DNA of 64,000 nt from Ylistrum balloti (GCF_031769215.1 NW_026782128.1:558001-622000); one strand, 5' to 3'. Shown: positions 12,758-26,353, counted from the first letter of the stretch. Translations and numbers: made by a program. The notes: a model not told the origin generated them from the letters alone.

Positions 12758-14557
12758 ACATCTTAGCATGGAGAACATCCTTTGATATCAGTGGCCTGTA
12801 AGTAATATTTGTTTCTTTCTTTTGTTTTTCAGTAGGCGTTGATGTGGGAGGTGCCACATGATTGAAACCCTAAAATGGTTGACGCAATGATGCCCACAGG
12901 TGGCCTGCACTGTCACCAGGATTGGTCACCAAGTATGCTGGAATCTGCTGACCATTGTCCTCATATGATGACCACTAAGCATTCATTTGTAGGTGGTGAC
13001 CACACACTGTGATGACCAATTTTGCATCCACCATGGGTATCGACTGAAGTTGGACTAGTCATGTATTATTACAGAATATTGATAAAACTGACCCTGGTTG
13101 GACTTATATAGTGTCAAGCTGTCAGGAAGATTTACTTGGGTTGTCCTCTTACTATTATGGACAGTAGTCATAAGTCCAGTGATAGGGAAATGTTGGGTGA
13201 AACTAGAGGATCCTGATTTGATGATATAAAAGACAACTTGTGCTAGAACATTATACATACTATTACCATCACGTGATATTTGCTTAAAATGATTCCATGT
13301 TGATTTCCTTCCTGTAACTTGATTAAGTATGCTAGTTTGATCAAGTAAACAGCTTGTGCCATAGAACAGTAGTTGCAGTCATGTTTCTAAAAGTCAGATA
13401 GCACTGGTTTGGACATGAACTGGTCAGTATATGACCAGACATATAATGACCACCTCTTGTGTTTATTTACTGGTAAGATTTTAGCTGTTCACTTCCTATC
13501 GGAACAAAAGATGAACCAATGAAGGATTGTAACACAAGTATATGGTGCCAAGAATGAAACAGAAAATGTTTTTAAAACTTGTATGGTGGAAAATGAAAGT
13601 AGATCCTAGAAAATGGGATATCCATTTCCTGAAAGATGACAAGCCTCCACATTCGTGTCCAGATACTTTGGAAGGTGAAAGTTTGGTGCAAATCAAACGA
13701 GGGCCTGATTTCATGATTCATTACTGATTGTAGGATATCGTCATGGAACATGGTCAAAATATGTCCCTAGAAAAAGTGAAACTCAGAACAGAAACTGAAA
13801 GTTGGAGATTCAATTGCTGGAATATGGGAAATTTGGAAATGAAAATGGAAAGAATGTCTGTAACTGGCTATAACACATATTGGTTTCATTAAACTGAAAG
13901 AATGCCAAGTCTTTGACTGTTGCTAAGTGGTCAGAGGTGTTTTGTTGACTGTAACTTGGTGTGTAGTTTCTTGGTAGGATCTCCAGTGCTAGACATATGA
14001 TAGTAACTAACTGATAGTCATGAATGACTGATCACATAATGATTCAAAGATATTAAATGTCAAGGTCACACATATTCCAGAAAATGACATTTGAAGGTCA
14101 AACCTACTTACTGAGAGAAAGTGTGGTACAAATGAGAAACTATACAGTTTATTTGATAGGTGAAGTTAAAAAAGTTCACTTAAAAAGTCACACAATTTTG
14201 TTACTTAAATAGGTTCTGTCATGTATTTTAACTTTGAAAAATGCAGTCCCATTGACCTTCAAAGAAAGGAGATCTTGGTGGGTAGATACATTATTCCTGA
14301 GTGGTGAATGCAAACTGCTGTGTCAATATTACAATGTGAATACAAAGGTAATGGCTGTTTGGACCATTTTGTCATATCATGAATTCCTTCATCTTTATAG
14401 CATATCAAAGCAAAATGACTTAACCCTTGATCATTAACGTCATATCAATATGGTTTTATTGAAAGTCTGCTGAAACAACTAACCTGCTGCTTAGAAAGTT
14501 TGTTTCTATTGTAAAATATCATCAATGCATATTTGTTTGCAAGTCTTCCCAGGATAA

Positions 14558-14580
14558 AGGTCATCAAAGGTCATGGGTCA
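14558..14580 (+). promoter_or_regulatory. Three adjacent nuclear-receptor half-sites (DR4 plus DR1)
   Basis: AGGTCA-tcaa-AGGTCA-t-GGGTCA; further AGGTCA at 14063 (within TCAAGGTCA) and 14095. Confidence 0.3.
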
Positions 14581-17500
14581 GTTCTGTGACCAGGCTTTTC
14601 TGGGGGTCAATTTATATCCCAGTATCCAATGATGTGAAAGTACCAGGGTAGTGTTGTTGTTAATGAATGATCAGGTTTCCTTATGTTACAGCATAAAGGC
14701 ACTGTAGTAAAAACAAAAATTTGTAATTCCGAGGAACAAAGGAATATGGTAGAATACTTACAGGATAACACAAATTAAAATTCAACATTCGAAAAAAAAA
14801 CTTTTATTCTAATACTTTTGAGATACAAGAAAAATCCCCATTGATTGTAGCTCCAATAAAAGAGGGGCACAATAATTTATATAAAAATCTTGGTAGTTTA
14901 CTTATAGAATAAATGAAAGTATTTTGTCTTAGCATGGTTCGGTAAAATATTTTTCAAAAAGCAATGTGAATTAAATACCATATTTCTTGCCAAATAGACA
15001 ACAGTCAGGAAATATACATTAAGAATGCTGCAAGGAATATAGGTTTGGTTTGAATTTTAAAAAATCAACATTTTGTTTGTTTGAGTAATGTATCTTTATC
15101 CGTCATTCTCAATAAAGGTAGATGTTTCGTGTGTATTAGATTTATTTCTGTCAATAGAAGGTTTAGATCCCTCACCTTTAAGTCTTTATTTGAAATATGA
15201 TTTTAAATGTTATGTATTTCCCGACATCTTCATTAAGTCACATTGGTTGAGTTATGACTGTGGATGTTTCATCGTCTTTAGGTAATTTTACCAGAAAATG
15301 CTCACCTTAATATGCCTGTATTGATCAAATCTATAAATTTTGATTTTCAATTTGTAAATAAAATGAAATCAAATATTCGAAGAAAAATTGTGTTACAAAA
15401 ATTATGTTCATAATTGCCAAAGAAAATGAAAATGGATGTTTTCTGAAATTAAGCAATAGTAAAGATAGAAACAAGAATGGTCAAAGATTGACAAGTTTTC
15501 TCAGAAATGTTGATGCACGTCTTGAAAAATTGCCATCTACTTAAACATCCCATCACATAGATTCTATAAATGGTATATCATTGTATCGTTTGTTATTGTA
15601 ATGAGTTTGTATCACGCTTCAGATTTATTATGTCGCAGCTTAGAGATTAATACCTGGAAGGAATTTCTCACTTTCGTTCTTTACCTTGCACATTTTCTCT
15701 TCAGTTTAAACAAATTGTAAATAGGAATTAGTGTAATGTATATATGATAATTACGATCCATTTTGACAGCAATTCTGTGAACAAAATTCTAATACAGTCA
15801 TGTAGATAGGTCACTGTAAATATAAACTGTATATAAATATATATAGATTTATAAAAAAAAATGTTGTAAAATATGTACACAATTTACACAAATTTTGCTT
15901 TAATTGTAAAATTTTAACAGGGTGAACAAGTACGATCAGTCTGGCTTCCTCCTCAGACAGTATTCTTGTGATATAAGATTTTCCTTTTACACTCAACCCG
16001 GCACCCATAACCTCACCATCCCATTTACTAAGTCCCACATCCCTAGAAAACTGAAACAATACCAGCAACTCTCCTCTTTATTAACAATAAGCTAGGTTTA
16101 ACCAAAACATTTAATACCTTGAAATATTCAATTTTGAAGGATCTCTTAATGACATTGGCAATTTGTTTTTTATTTACCTGCGATTTGCCCATTAATTTCT
16201 TATATTGTGAAAATGTTTTGATGACTTGATATAGTTAAAATTTAATGAATATAGACATTGGTATTATTTGTATTTTAACATTATAAATACTCTTCATATG
16301 GCAATATTTTCCAGCAGTCATTGGTATCAGCAATATATTTGTTCACATTGTTTTTTCAATATTTTTTAATTTAATTCCAATCAACAGAACAACTATTACA
16401 TGGATTCTATTTAACAAGAAAAAAGAAAAAGCACTATAGTCAATGATTTTCAAGTAGTAATTTTTAAAAATTTTAATTGGCAGAATAATTTAATTGATGG
16501 AGAAGTAGGAATCTTTTCTAAAAATGTATTTCCTATATGTTTTAAACAATGCTTTTCTGGAGAAGATAATTTTATTTCGGCGAGGAATAAAATTAATTTT
16601 ATTCTTTGTTAGATAAGTAGCGTAACAGTTAACAAAGAGTATAGTATAATTGTTTTCATATTCTTAGCTATATCTTCATTGTTACATAAACAAGTACATT
16701 TTTCAGCAATGCACCTTTCAGAAATTGTGCTGTTTTACTTTGATAGTCCCCTGAAAGGTTGACAAGCTCTGAGCAGTTCACTAAGATTAACTGCCCATGT
16801 ATATTGTTCTGTCTGACTGCAACAAATTTTTATGCTTTGTGTTTGTACCATTTTCATATGTTCTTTTTTTCATGTGTTCATGATTGGTGCTTTATGTGTT
16901 TAACTTTTTACGGTAGTAAAAGTCAGTTTTGAACATTTTAAGCTATGCTTTATTTGCAAACATTCCGTACAGAATTAATTTTTTTGCCATGAATTAGATA
17001 ATCATTTTATATATACTTAAGATATATATCGTTTACATACAGACATAGAATAATGCTGATGAAGTGTTTACTGTCTTTTTTCCTATTTTCCTTTTTTCGC
17101 TGGGATTTCTTTTCTAGAGAGACCTCATTTAACTATTTCTCAAGTCATTTCTTCTCAGATTAAACCAAAGCATTAGCACACCTGTTTTATTTTTATCACG
17201 TTGTTTTAATCATCTTCCTTTTTCTTAAATATACTCTGCAGCTTTACTGTATGATTATCAGAAACTCTAAATACCAATAATTCTCTTAAATATTTTTTTT
17301 AAACTTAGAATGGAAAAGTCTTCACTTATCAAGTGTTTGTCATTTACAAAATGTTTGACAAATCTATATAATTCTGATAATCGTATTTATGAAAATGAAA
17401 TACTTCTTTAACAATGGTGAAATTTTGAATTATAGGAAATAGATTCTGAGAATCGATTTATTGAAATTTTTTGGAACTTTAAATAAAGAAGATTGTATTT

Positions 17501-17848
17501 AATAAATGTATTTAAATTCTGTCTGATTAGTTTTACGAAAGACCATTTGTCTTCAGTTTTTAATCGATAGATTGACCAAAGTCTTCTCTTAATTAATTGT
17601 TCATACATGTAGCCCTGATACTGTTGAACAAGAGCTACATATAATTTACCTCTATCCTTTGTAAATGTTAATGATATGCAATAAAATTTAACAGGTGTTA
17701 ACTCAATTTTGAAGTGTTTTTGTTTTTATTTCCACCGAGTCTGTTGTTTATAAACATGGTTTATCTGTGTTCATGCTAGAAAATGTTGTTTATGGCATTG
17801 AATTTGCTTCGCTATAAATTGACCGGATATATTACAAAACATAATTTT

Positions 17849-17854
17849 AATAAA
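17849..17854 (+). terminator. Candidate distal polyadenylation signal
   Basis: AATAAA followed by a T-rich tract (ttttctcttttgc...), located just before CpG depletion ends. Confidence 0.3.
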
Positions 17855-20800
17855 GTAGACTTTTCTCTTTTGCATTAAGTGGCTCAATTTCTTTCAATTC
17901 TTCCTTCTATGAAATGTTGTGGGGAAGATGTTTAACACAAAACGTACGTATAAACACTACAGGTGACATGAAATTGATACATATTTTGTTTGTCAATACC
18001 AAGATTTAAAAATAATGTTACTTCCTTGTTCTCTAAATTAAGAAAAAATGAAACATTATTCCTGGCAGCCTATCAACCAGACTAAAATACATCACTGATT
18101 ATTTAATGAATATGTGTTTAATTTCTAGAAAACGTTACGTAAATATAAAAATTATTATCTATTTATCAGTACTTAGTGATTATGTGGTTAACTTGTAGAA
18201 AACTTTTCATATATATAAAAAAAAAACATCAATTATTTAAATTTTGCTTGGTTTAAAATTTGTCACATATAACACAGAAACTGGAATTACTTTCAAATCC
18301 ACAAATGGATATTGCAAAGCTGCAGATGCCAAATGAATTCCTTGGTAATTCACTCTCAAACATCAAGGTACTGGTGAGAAAAATGGCCCTAATCTAAGCT
18401 CTCCGATTTTGCTCTTATGTTAAAGATATTACATAAAAAATTATAATTATCTTGATTATAAATTCCACCTGCACCTGACCACCGAAAACTACCTTAAAAA
18501 AAAAAAAAAAACAACATTTATTAGACGGAATGCTCTCCAACTGGGAGATTTGATCAAAGCTGTTTTACCTGAACCTTGATGTGTATGTTCAGCCTTTAGG
18601 AATTTTTGTTGTTTTAATGAAATACTTATATGCTTTATAAAGAAGTTAAATATATCATATAGTTGTTTAATCCTTATAAAGATTTTTCAGTGATTCTTTG
18701 GACCAAACATTTGGAAACCTGCAAGTCAAATTAGAAAAAAAAAAAAAAAAAACGGAACGAAAATTAAGATATGAATGTGGAGATGCACCAACTACCTTCT
18801 GAAATAGATTTAGGTATATCTGGTTTAAGGTTTTAAAAGAAGGTAGTAAATTGATATCTGTCGATGTAATAGGAGTTTGCCAGATGCACGCTTTTATACA
18901 TTCAATACGTTGAGAAATTCTTGCATCAATTCAAAATGATATTCCTGTTCTTGGCAAGGTAGTTTTAGCGAAGGTTTTTAAAAGAGGCGTTTGTTATTAA
19001 AAAATATTTATTCAAAGTGGTTCTGAATACAAATATATTAAAATTCCAGTTGAAATATTGTAATTTTCAGTAAACAAATCAAGTTGCATCTTTGAATAAA
19101 ACTAACTTCTTACTGTAACATTCATTCTCTATGAACTTAACGTAAATATAAAGATGTTCCAAATTTAGAATTGAGCTCGGAAACTGCCTCTATTCATGTT
19201 TGTTTTTTAGATGAAATACCCACCTGCACATCAAAGTCAAGTTTTTAGGGAACGGAAGAAAATAGACATGTTAAATTAAATATTGTGCTTAATCATCAGT
19301 TAGTTGTATTAGAATTTAGAGATGAAGCTGCTGTGAGTTTAAGTAATTAAGTTGGCACCGATGTTTAGATATTGATGGTGTGGCTAGCCTACTGTGATAA
19401 CGACCTGTTTCGTGCATAATATCACCTAGATGCTGTGTGTTCAATGGATCTACACAAATCACTTCATCTATTTTTCTTCAATTTCCCTCTAGGTCGGAAA
19501 TGTGAGAGAAATAGATTGTTTTCAAATACCTTTTGTAGAGGTTTTACTCTTTTCTGTGTTGTCTAAAATCACCATATTACTATCGGGATAATACGAGAAA
19601 TATTGTGCTAGGTGCTTTGATCTACCCATTATATTGTAGAACAGATAACCCCGACAGGTTGTCCTGCATAGGACCACGTGGGAACAGGCTTACTTTGGAA
19701 CCAATTAAGGCTTGTGTAATGGAAGCAGTTATCATACCTTCTCGGGGCGTCGACGACGACAGGGGTGGCCTCCGCTACTGGCAATATTAGACCTCGACAA
19801 ACCTCCCGAACACCATGTAGAATACTAATTTTTGAATCCTGAATCAGTATAGAAGCGAAAATGACACAGCAACATTGCATTCGCTATCAATATCCTAATG
19901 TAGATCAGATCACACGTAATCAGCGACTGTAGGGAATGTGGAAAACGAAACTGATGGAATTATAAAAGAAATTGTTGCTATGAAAAACGTATTCTGGTTA
20001 TGTCTTTATCCATTTCAAATAGAAAAGCATCAGTATGTGGATGGCTGCAAGCCCTGATTTCATTTAGCTTGAAACTGACCCTAGAAAGGCGTTAATATAT
20101 ATGCTGATTAAACACGATTGGCAAATAGCCGTGAAAGTTGTTAGCTGTGCGACTTGGTTCTGTTCTTGTGTGAATAATGTAGAAGAACGCGCCGATGCAC
20201 ATGCCTTTCGGGCTGATTGGAGCTAATGGGTATGTACCTGTGTAAATTATTATCAACAATACATTAAATCGAGATAGAAATGAGGTATTTTAACCTCCGT
20301 TTTGTATTTTCTCCGGAAATCATGCGTTATATAATAGCTCTGGAGGTCATATTTCAAGGTAACAATTTTCGTTTGGTTCACGTATGAACAACAACATGTT
20401 GGTGCTTTCAAAAGTGTTACGTTGTTTGTAGTGCGCTTCATTCAAACTGTGAATCGCAATATGCTCAAGTGGGTTCTGCCAGACTCTATTTAACGCACGT
20501 TGACTTGAGGTGTGCGGGAGATTATATTATTTAATAAGGATGCATGTTATTTAGGTTGATTTTGTGCAAACTGAGGAAGATATGTGTGGTCGTCTATGCC
20601 AATAGTCCGTGTGAAATCAGATACGGTTTAATTTTTCATGAAGAAGGTATAGAAAATCACTTTATATACAGTCCAGTGGTCAAATTTAACGGCCGGTATT
20701 TGTGCAGTTGTTGACAGATAATTTCTTGTAGTTAAAATGGAAAATAACATGGTGATATGTTATGTTGAAAACAAAAAGTAAAAACGTTTCGAAAGAGTTT

Positions 20801-21419
20801 CTGTTAGTCATTGGCAAAGTTTCAAAATGGTCTAAATTCAAATATTGTGATTATTATGTAGAATTCGTTAACCTGATGTACTTGTATAACACATAGGTAA
20901 CACTAAGAGTGATTTTTAATAGTGTTGTACAAAAGATGAACATGTAATTATCACCTTTCGTAAGAAATTCAGAATTAAATTCATTGTAACCAAACAATGA
21001 ATTACAAGACTGGACAAATATGTCCTTTGGTTCTCGTATAGTAAATAACTTGTGTTTACACATTCATAATTTCTTTACAAAACGGATCACGTTTTGATAG
21101 ATCGTTCACGTCTAATTCTTTGATATTCTTAATGTATATGTAAACTAGCGACTTTATAAAAAAGATTAAAAATACAGGGACAATAGTGTATACGTTACGT
21201 TTCGACTAATACTTTATGCGCGTGGGACGTGATGTCTTAAGAAATGTAAATGTGATTTTTTAAAATAATTTTCAACACACCACACGTCTGTATAATTATC
21301 TAGTGATGAGAAAGAAAATCCAGAATATCATTTCGTCGAAAATAGAATCGAGGGACCAGAATCTGTTTGTTTTTTGTAAAGACACAAGACGAAGGACAAA
21401 TATTCCCACGATTGGTGTT

Positions 21420-21650
21420 GCTTGTATGGTCGTGGGGCAGTGAGATCCTACCACCTACCGTACTGGACCCGGGGCCTGGGGGAACAGCGGAAACACTCCA
21501 GTAATGGGCAGGCAAATCAGTTAGCTGGCATCTCAAGGGATGATGGCGATATTGTAATCAAAGGCAAAGACGGCCTTCTGATCCATAATGTTCTCCGGTA
21601 TTATTACATTATTGAATTATACGGTAACAAGGGAGAATCTGCATAGCAAA
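21420..21650 (+). pseudogene. Possible very old fragment from the region N-terminal to a PLE reverse transcriptase
   Basis: HSSNGQANQLAGISRDDGDIVIKGKDG loosely resembles the PLE pre-RT segment SNL...ERxALxSLRNNxDIVIKPADKG as I recall it. Weak by-eye similarity. Confidence 0.22.
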
Positions 21651-22989
21651 ACTTCTCTTTTGAACTAATTACCCTAGAAAGATTTCGTTTGCTTCATATC
21701 TTAAGAGAAGTTTAATCTCGAGATACGCAGGGTTGTTGATGAGATCGAATGTTTTGTATTTTTTTACAAGCCTTTTGTAAATACTGCCGATTCAAAATTA
21801 TGAAGAACAATACTAACCTGTTCTTTAGAATTGTAAGTTGAGACGCACGTGTGCACATGTTCATGCTACTTTGATAGAGTTTCTTGAACATTAAAGAAAA
21901 TGTCAGATGCTTGTGTTTTGCGTGTTAAATTGAATATTTATTCTCACATGAATAACCTTTCATCAACATTTGATTACTGTAGCGTAATAAAGAAGGCAAT
22001 CAGGTGAGAGTAATCTTTTTTGTTTTTCGGAGGTTAAGCATTGCTGGATCGTAACAAAACTGCATAAATACAATTATTTGATAAACAAGAGACCGAATGT
22101 ATTTGTTAGTGTTCATTAAGCACGGTTCGGAATAATGCTGCTGTGCAATTTGTTTTAGTTGTGACAATTTCAAAATACAAGTTACATAAACCTGCAATAT
22201 CATCACATTCAAACCTGACACTCTAATGTTGTGATATATGGTTTTCTGATTGATGTATTGATTGTCTGGTCGATTATATTTACAACAGTTGAACAAAGAG
22301 TCACGTGATGTATTTATTGATTTATTCTATTAAAAGAATTGCTATTTTTGAGACCTTTGTTCTATTTTGTTTCATAAACAACAAGAAAATATCAACATGT
22401 CAACATAAGCATAATGCAAACTCGAACATTTTTATCCTCTGAAGGTCCTATTTGGAATAGATTCCTATGAAACAGATATTGCAAATTTGTTACACACATC
22501 TCTGCTTCTTCTTAAACTCTTTAAACGAAAGAGGATATGAAATAAATCAACACAAAAAAAGGTATATATCATTACACACGGCTAAGATCCTATGGTTGAT
22601 ACCAGATATCAGTAAAGGCAGTTAATGACTGATCAAAATATGCTATATTACTTAATCCAATAAATACGGTTTATTGGAAACGTTCTCGATTGGTCAATAA
22701 TGCATTGTGTGAATGATATTAAAAACTTGCCGAAACCATATATCTGAGATAGTTTAAATGGTAACTTCTAGGTTCAGTGGTAACTTACTTAATAAACAAA
22801 TTAATTGAAATTTTGAACATGCAAACAGTTTCATCATCATTTTAACTGAATTCCAAACTATACTTTTGAATTCAATTCATTACTGTGATCAAACGTTCAA
22901 ATGCTCTCGTGTTCAAACGTTTCGAAAAACTGTATTGGTGATTTATTAAAACATAATATGTCTCTTGAAATAATTAAACATCCCAAACC

Positions 22990-23460
22990 TATGTTATTTG
23001 CATTTCACAGGTGATTTGATATTCAAAAGCATGTGCTTTATATCGCAATGATATCCAAGCCCATGGAAGAGGATCCTGAGTTGGCCTCAACAGCAATCTC
23101 CGAACGCCCTGCTCTAGCCCACTAATTTCTTGGTCATCTTCGAGACCGAAGGACGAAGAAAACAATACACAATATTGCAATTTCAATGATAAACATGATA
23201 GTTGGACGGACGTATTGTTGTTGGGATTTGTTTCCTTCTTGTGATGAGACGACTGATGTGATAAAGCCTTGATGGGTTGGTATCAACAAGACCTTTATAC
23301 AAACTCAAAGTTGATAAAACTAGGGCAAGATATGAACAAAAAATCGATTCACTCGCAGGCTCATGAAAAAGTACCAGAAAAATAAGACCAGTTGTTCCTA
23401 AAGAGTAAGCGTTTTCTGCTTCATCGACGAGACCTACCATGTAAATCTTCGTCAAACCAA
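22990..23460 (-). mobile_element. Decayed Penelope-like retroelement fragment (3' repeat motif followed by RT C-terminal remnant)
   Basis: The minus strand reads acatggtaggtctcgtcgatgaagcagaaaacgcttactctttaggaacaactggt, homologous to the motif ending the PLE copies at 47437 and 48547. It is followed by DTNPSRLYHISRLI and MTKKLVG, resembling SNIPSSPAYGVYISQLI and LTxKLLxQG. Confidence 0.6.
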
Positions 23461-23715
23461 GTACAGAATGTCACCTTCTCAAATGAGAACAAAGTAAACA
23501 ACACCGGAACCACCAGGCAAAATAACGACCATCAACTTGTGCTGTTTCATATCGCACAAGGAAACCGAATATTTCCTTTCAATTCTTAGCATTCTCTATG
23601 TTATTTTCTTTTCATATCTTAAACTCGTTTCACCGTGTTAGTATTACGTTGGTAGCATGTCTTTGTTTAAGTATTGGAGTATATCAATAAAACATGAGAG
23701 GAGTAGAAAGGGAGA

Positions 23716-23880
23716 CCTCTGGCAGATGTCGTCGTTGAAGCAGGACAGGCTTAATCTTCCCAATTACCTTGTCACATTCTCTTTGCATCCCATCATCAAG
23801 AATTCCCGTTGAATAATTCATTTGTTCCTATTTCGCAGTATACCCTTTTTTATTTTGAGTTGGAATTTCATACTTTATAC
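23716..23880 (+). mobile_element. Solo copy of the PLE 3' repeat motif
   Basis: ctggcagatgtcgtcgttgaagcaggacaggcttaatcttcccaattaccttgt aligns with the motif at 47437, 48547 and 23455(-). Confidence 0.45.
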
Positions 23881-25071
23881 CTGTGATTAAAATTGATGAA
23901 AAACGTCCATTCAGCATTGTTAGCACATTATATCGCAATGGTTGTACAACTAAAACGATGATATCCGTTTTTTTTATTGCGAAGGTAAAACACACAAAAA
24001 ATCGTTTGCGTCGTCATACCTATGAAATATGTTTTTTTTTGTAATGTTGAAATATGACTACGAGTTTAAATAAAACTAATTATCAAATGTATGATTAACC
24101 TTGTAATCATCAACACTTTTAAAATCTTCTTTTCATTATGTAGTCGGTCTCTACCTTTGAAGTGAAGACGATAATGATTTCATTATACATAATTCTTTTA
24201 AACTTCACACATATTGATTTGGCACCAAGTCATTTGGATTTTTTTTTATTTCAATTGCAAATAACGAATCGCTTTGTCATTATACAAAAAGGCGCCCCGG
24301 TTAGCAAAAAAGCAATTTCGCCACTCCTCTGTGCGTTTCTTCGTGAATATTGAAAAATGACAACACGCAAAGGTTTCTCAAATTTTTCTATTCTCTAAAC
24401 TCAGCTCCAGGTATGGACCCACAACCGGTTATCGACAGTAGATTTAATATGTATGTGTGTGTATTAATGTTTACTTCTAACGCGGTTTGGCTATAGAAAA
24501 TAAATTGTCATAACGTTTTACAAACTTCTTGTGATAAATAAGGACTCTCTATTCTATGTTAATTTGTTTTCGCTGACTTGATTAGACCATTTCACAAGAT
24601 GTTTAGTTCACAATGGAGTTGGATGCCATACAGTTTTTGAATTTTGAGTTTTGTTGTTGTTGTTGTTGTTTTTGTTTGTTTTTTTTTCACATTTAACAAT
24701 GCATCATTGTCTGTTATACACCGAGAATAAGACAAGTTTTATAGGATACCGTAATATCAAACTAACATGAATATTCTGTACATTTTACCCCTCTACCCTT
24801 TGTTGGATTGTCAATAAAATGAATGGTCAAACGATGTTAAAGATCTCCTGCCTTTTTTATATGATCTATTCCGAACACAAACGTTTGTTTAAAAACAGTC
24901 TTTGATAATGCTGCTTCATTTTGAGTAATCCCCATCATCCTGTTAAGTTTGTGAAGTATGATTCACATTCGAGATTTTTAAAAATATGTTTGATTCCCGT
25001 AAAATTTACAACAAGGCTAGATATCAAAGACCCCCTCCCGATATTTTATGGAATATGTGATTCTAGAAATT

Positions 25072-25575
25072 ACTGTAACACATCGCAAGTGTATCAACAT
25101 GTAAACACACGTAAACACGTGACATGATGTAACACATCATAAGTGTGGCAACACATAAACACGTGATATAATGAAACACGTCACGGGCGTGGCACTATGT
25201 AAACACATGACATCCTGTAACCAATCACGGGAGTGGCACTATGTAAACACGTGACATACAGTACTGTAACACATCATAAATGTGGCAACAAGTAAACACG
25301 TGACATACAGTGCTGTAACACATCATAAGTATGATAATACGTAAACACGTGACATACTATAAAACAAGGCCGGACTTGGCAATATGCACCACGTGACATA
25401 CAATATCATCAAGACGACTTGGAAATATGTAACACGTGACATACCATAACATTAAGACGGACTTGGGAATATGTACCACGTGACATACAATAACATTAAG
25501 ACGGACTTGGGAATATGTACCACGTGACATATAATAACATCAAGACGGACTTGGAAATAAGTGTAAACACTTGGC
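25072..25575. repeat. Minisatellite, unit about 44 bp (43-49), about 11-12 copies, core AC/CCACGTGACATA, two adjacent subtypes
   Basis: CACGTG at about 25116, 25160, 25248, 25297, 25346, 25390, 25433, 25477 and 25521, with variants at about 25205 and 25567. Left units contain tgtaacacatcataagtgtggcaac; right units contain aacattaagacggacttgggaatatg. Confidence 0.9.
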
Positions 25576-26353
25576 TTACTATAATACAAGGACGATGGCG
25601 GGGACACTTTCGACGTGCCTTTTTGGCACCAAGACAATGACTGGAACATGAATAGTGATAATTAGCAGTAGTACAAAGACATGCTGTGAAACACGTTATA
25701 ATGATATAATGGATATTAGGAATGATAAGTACACAGAAAAAGAAATGGTGTTCATTATTAAACGGACAAATTCAAAGATTCATACAAATATACATGTCAA
25801 GGTTTTATAAATGAACTGTTGTAAACATATTATTTAGCTGTCAACAGGGAAGTAATGTTTGAGTATACAAATTTTTGTGGTGATTTCAATCCTGATCAAA
25901 AATTGTTGATTACAAACATACATTGTTAGAGAGTTCCGACCGAATTCCAAAGACTTTGTTTTCTTCCGGTGTCAAAATTGAATCAATCTGTGCTATTGTA
26001 TTCGAGAGTATGGTTTGAAGAAACATGATTAGCTTAACTACAAAAGAATTTATTAATAAATCCGATTTTTTTTCAAATTTGGATGTTTAATGACGTAACT
26101 AAAAGTTTATAAAACAACAGTACATGAATAGGTTATGTTTGTCTTATAAATACTGAAATATTTTCTCATTTATCAAACAAAAATATATTGTTTTGAAACT
26201 TTAGCTGAATGATCGATAAGCTGAACAGTTTTGGACTATGTGGACGAGAAAAAAGACACGCCCTGTTATGTAACCATTGAAATATGATACGGTGTTACTT
26301 TACACAGGTATAAATCATAGTTACTGAGATTCGTATATGTCGGAATCATTTAT

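Larger units (their letters stand above)
7633..12832 (+). other. Putative intron in the ANKS1 3' UTR
   Basis: Consensus donor GAG|GTAAGT at 7633, 11 nt after the TGA. Best downstream acceptor is tttgtttctttcttttgtttttcag| ending at 12832; ccatcag at 12662 is an alternative. The donor is well supported; the acceptor pairing is inferred. Confidence 0.45.
12833..17870 (+). other. Putative long terminal 3' UTR exon of ANKS1
   Basis: Follows a strong acceptor, has no credible coding frame, is U-rich and CpG-depleted, and carries several AATAAA. CpG depletion fades shortly after the AATAAA at 17849. Inference only. Confidence 0.35.

Noticed and set aside
12798-12832. GTAAGT...AG mini-intron
   Set aside because: Only 35 nt, probably too short; the AG is better explained as the acceptor of a longer intron.
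19605-20229. GC-richer ORFs at 19605-19880 and a possible exon at 20183-20229 (KNAPMHMPFGLIGANG)
   Set aside because: No recognisable homology, weak acceptor, and no consistent multi-exon frame.
24395-24440. Minus-strand ggttgtgggtccatacctgg resembling a tRNA/SINE B-box
   Set aside because: Degenerate, with no A-box or cloverleaf; no tRNA gene supported.
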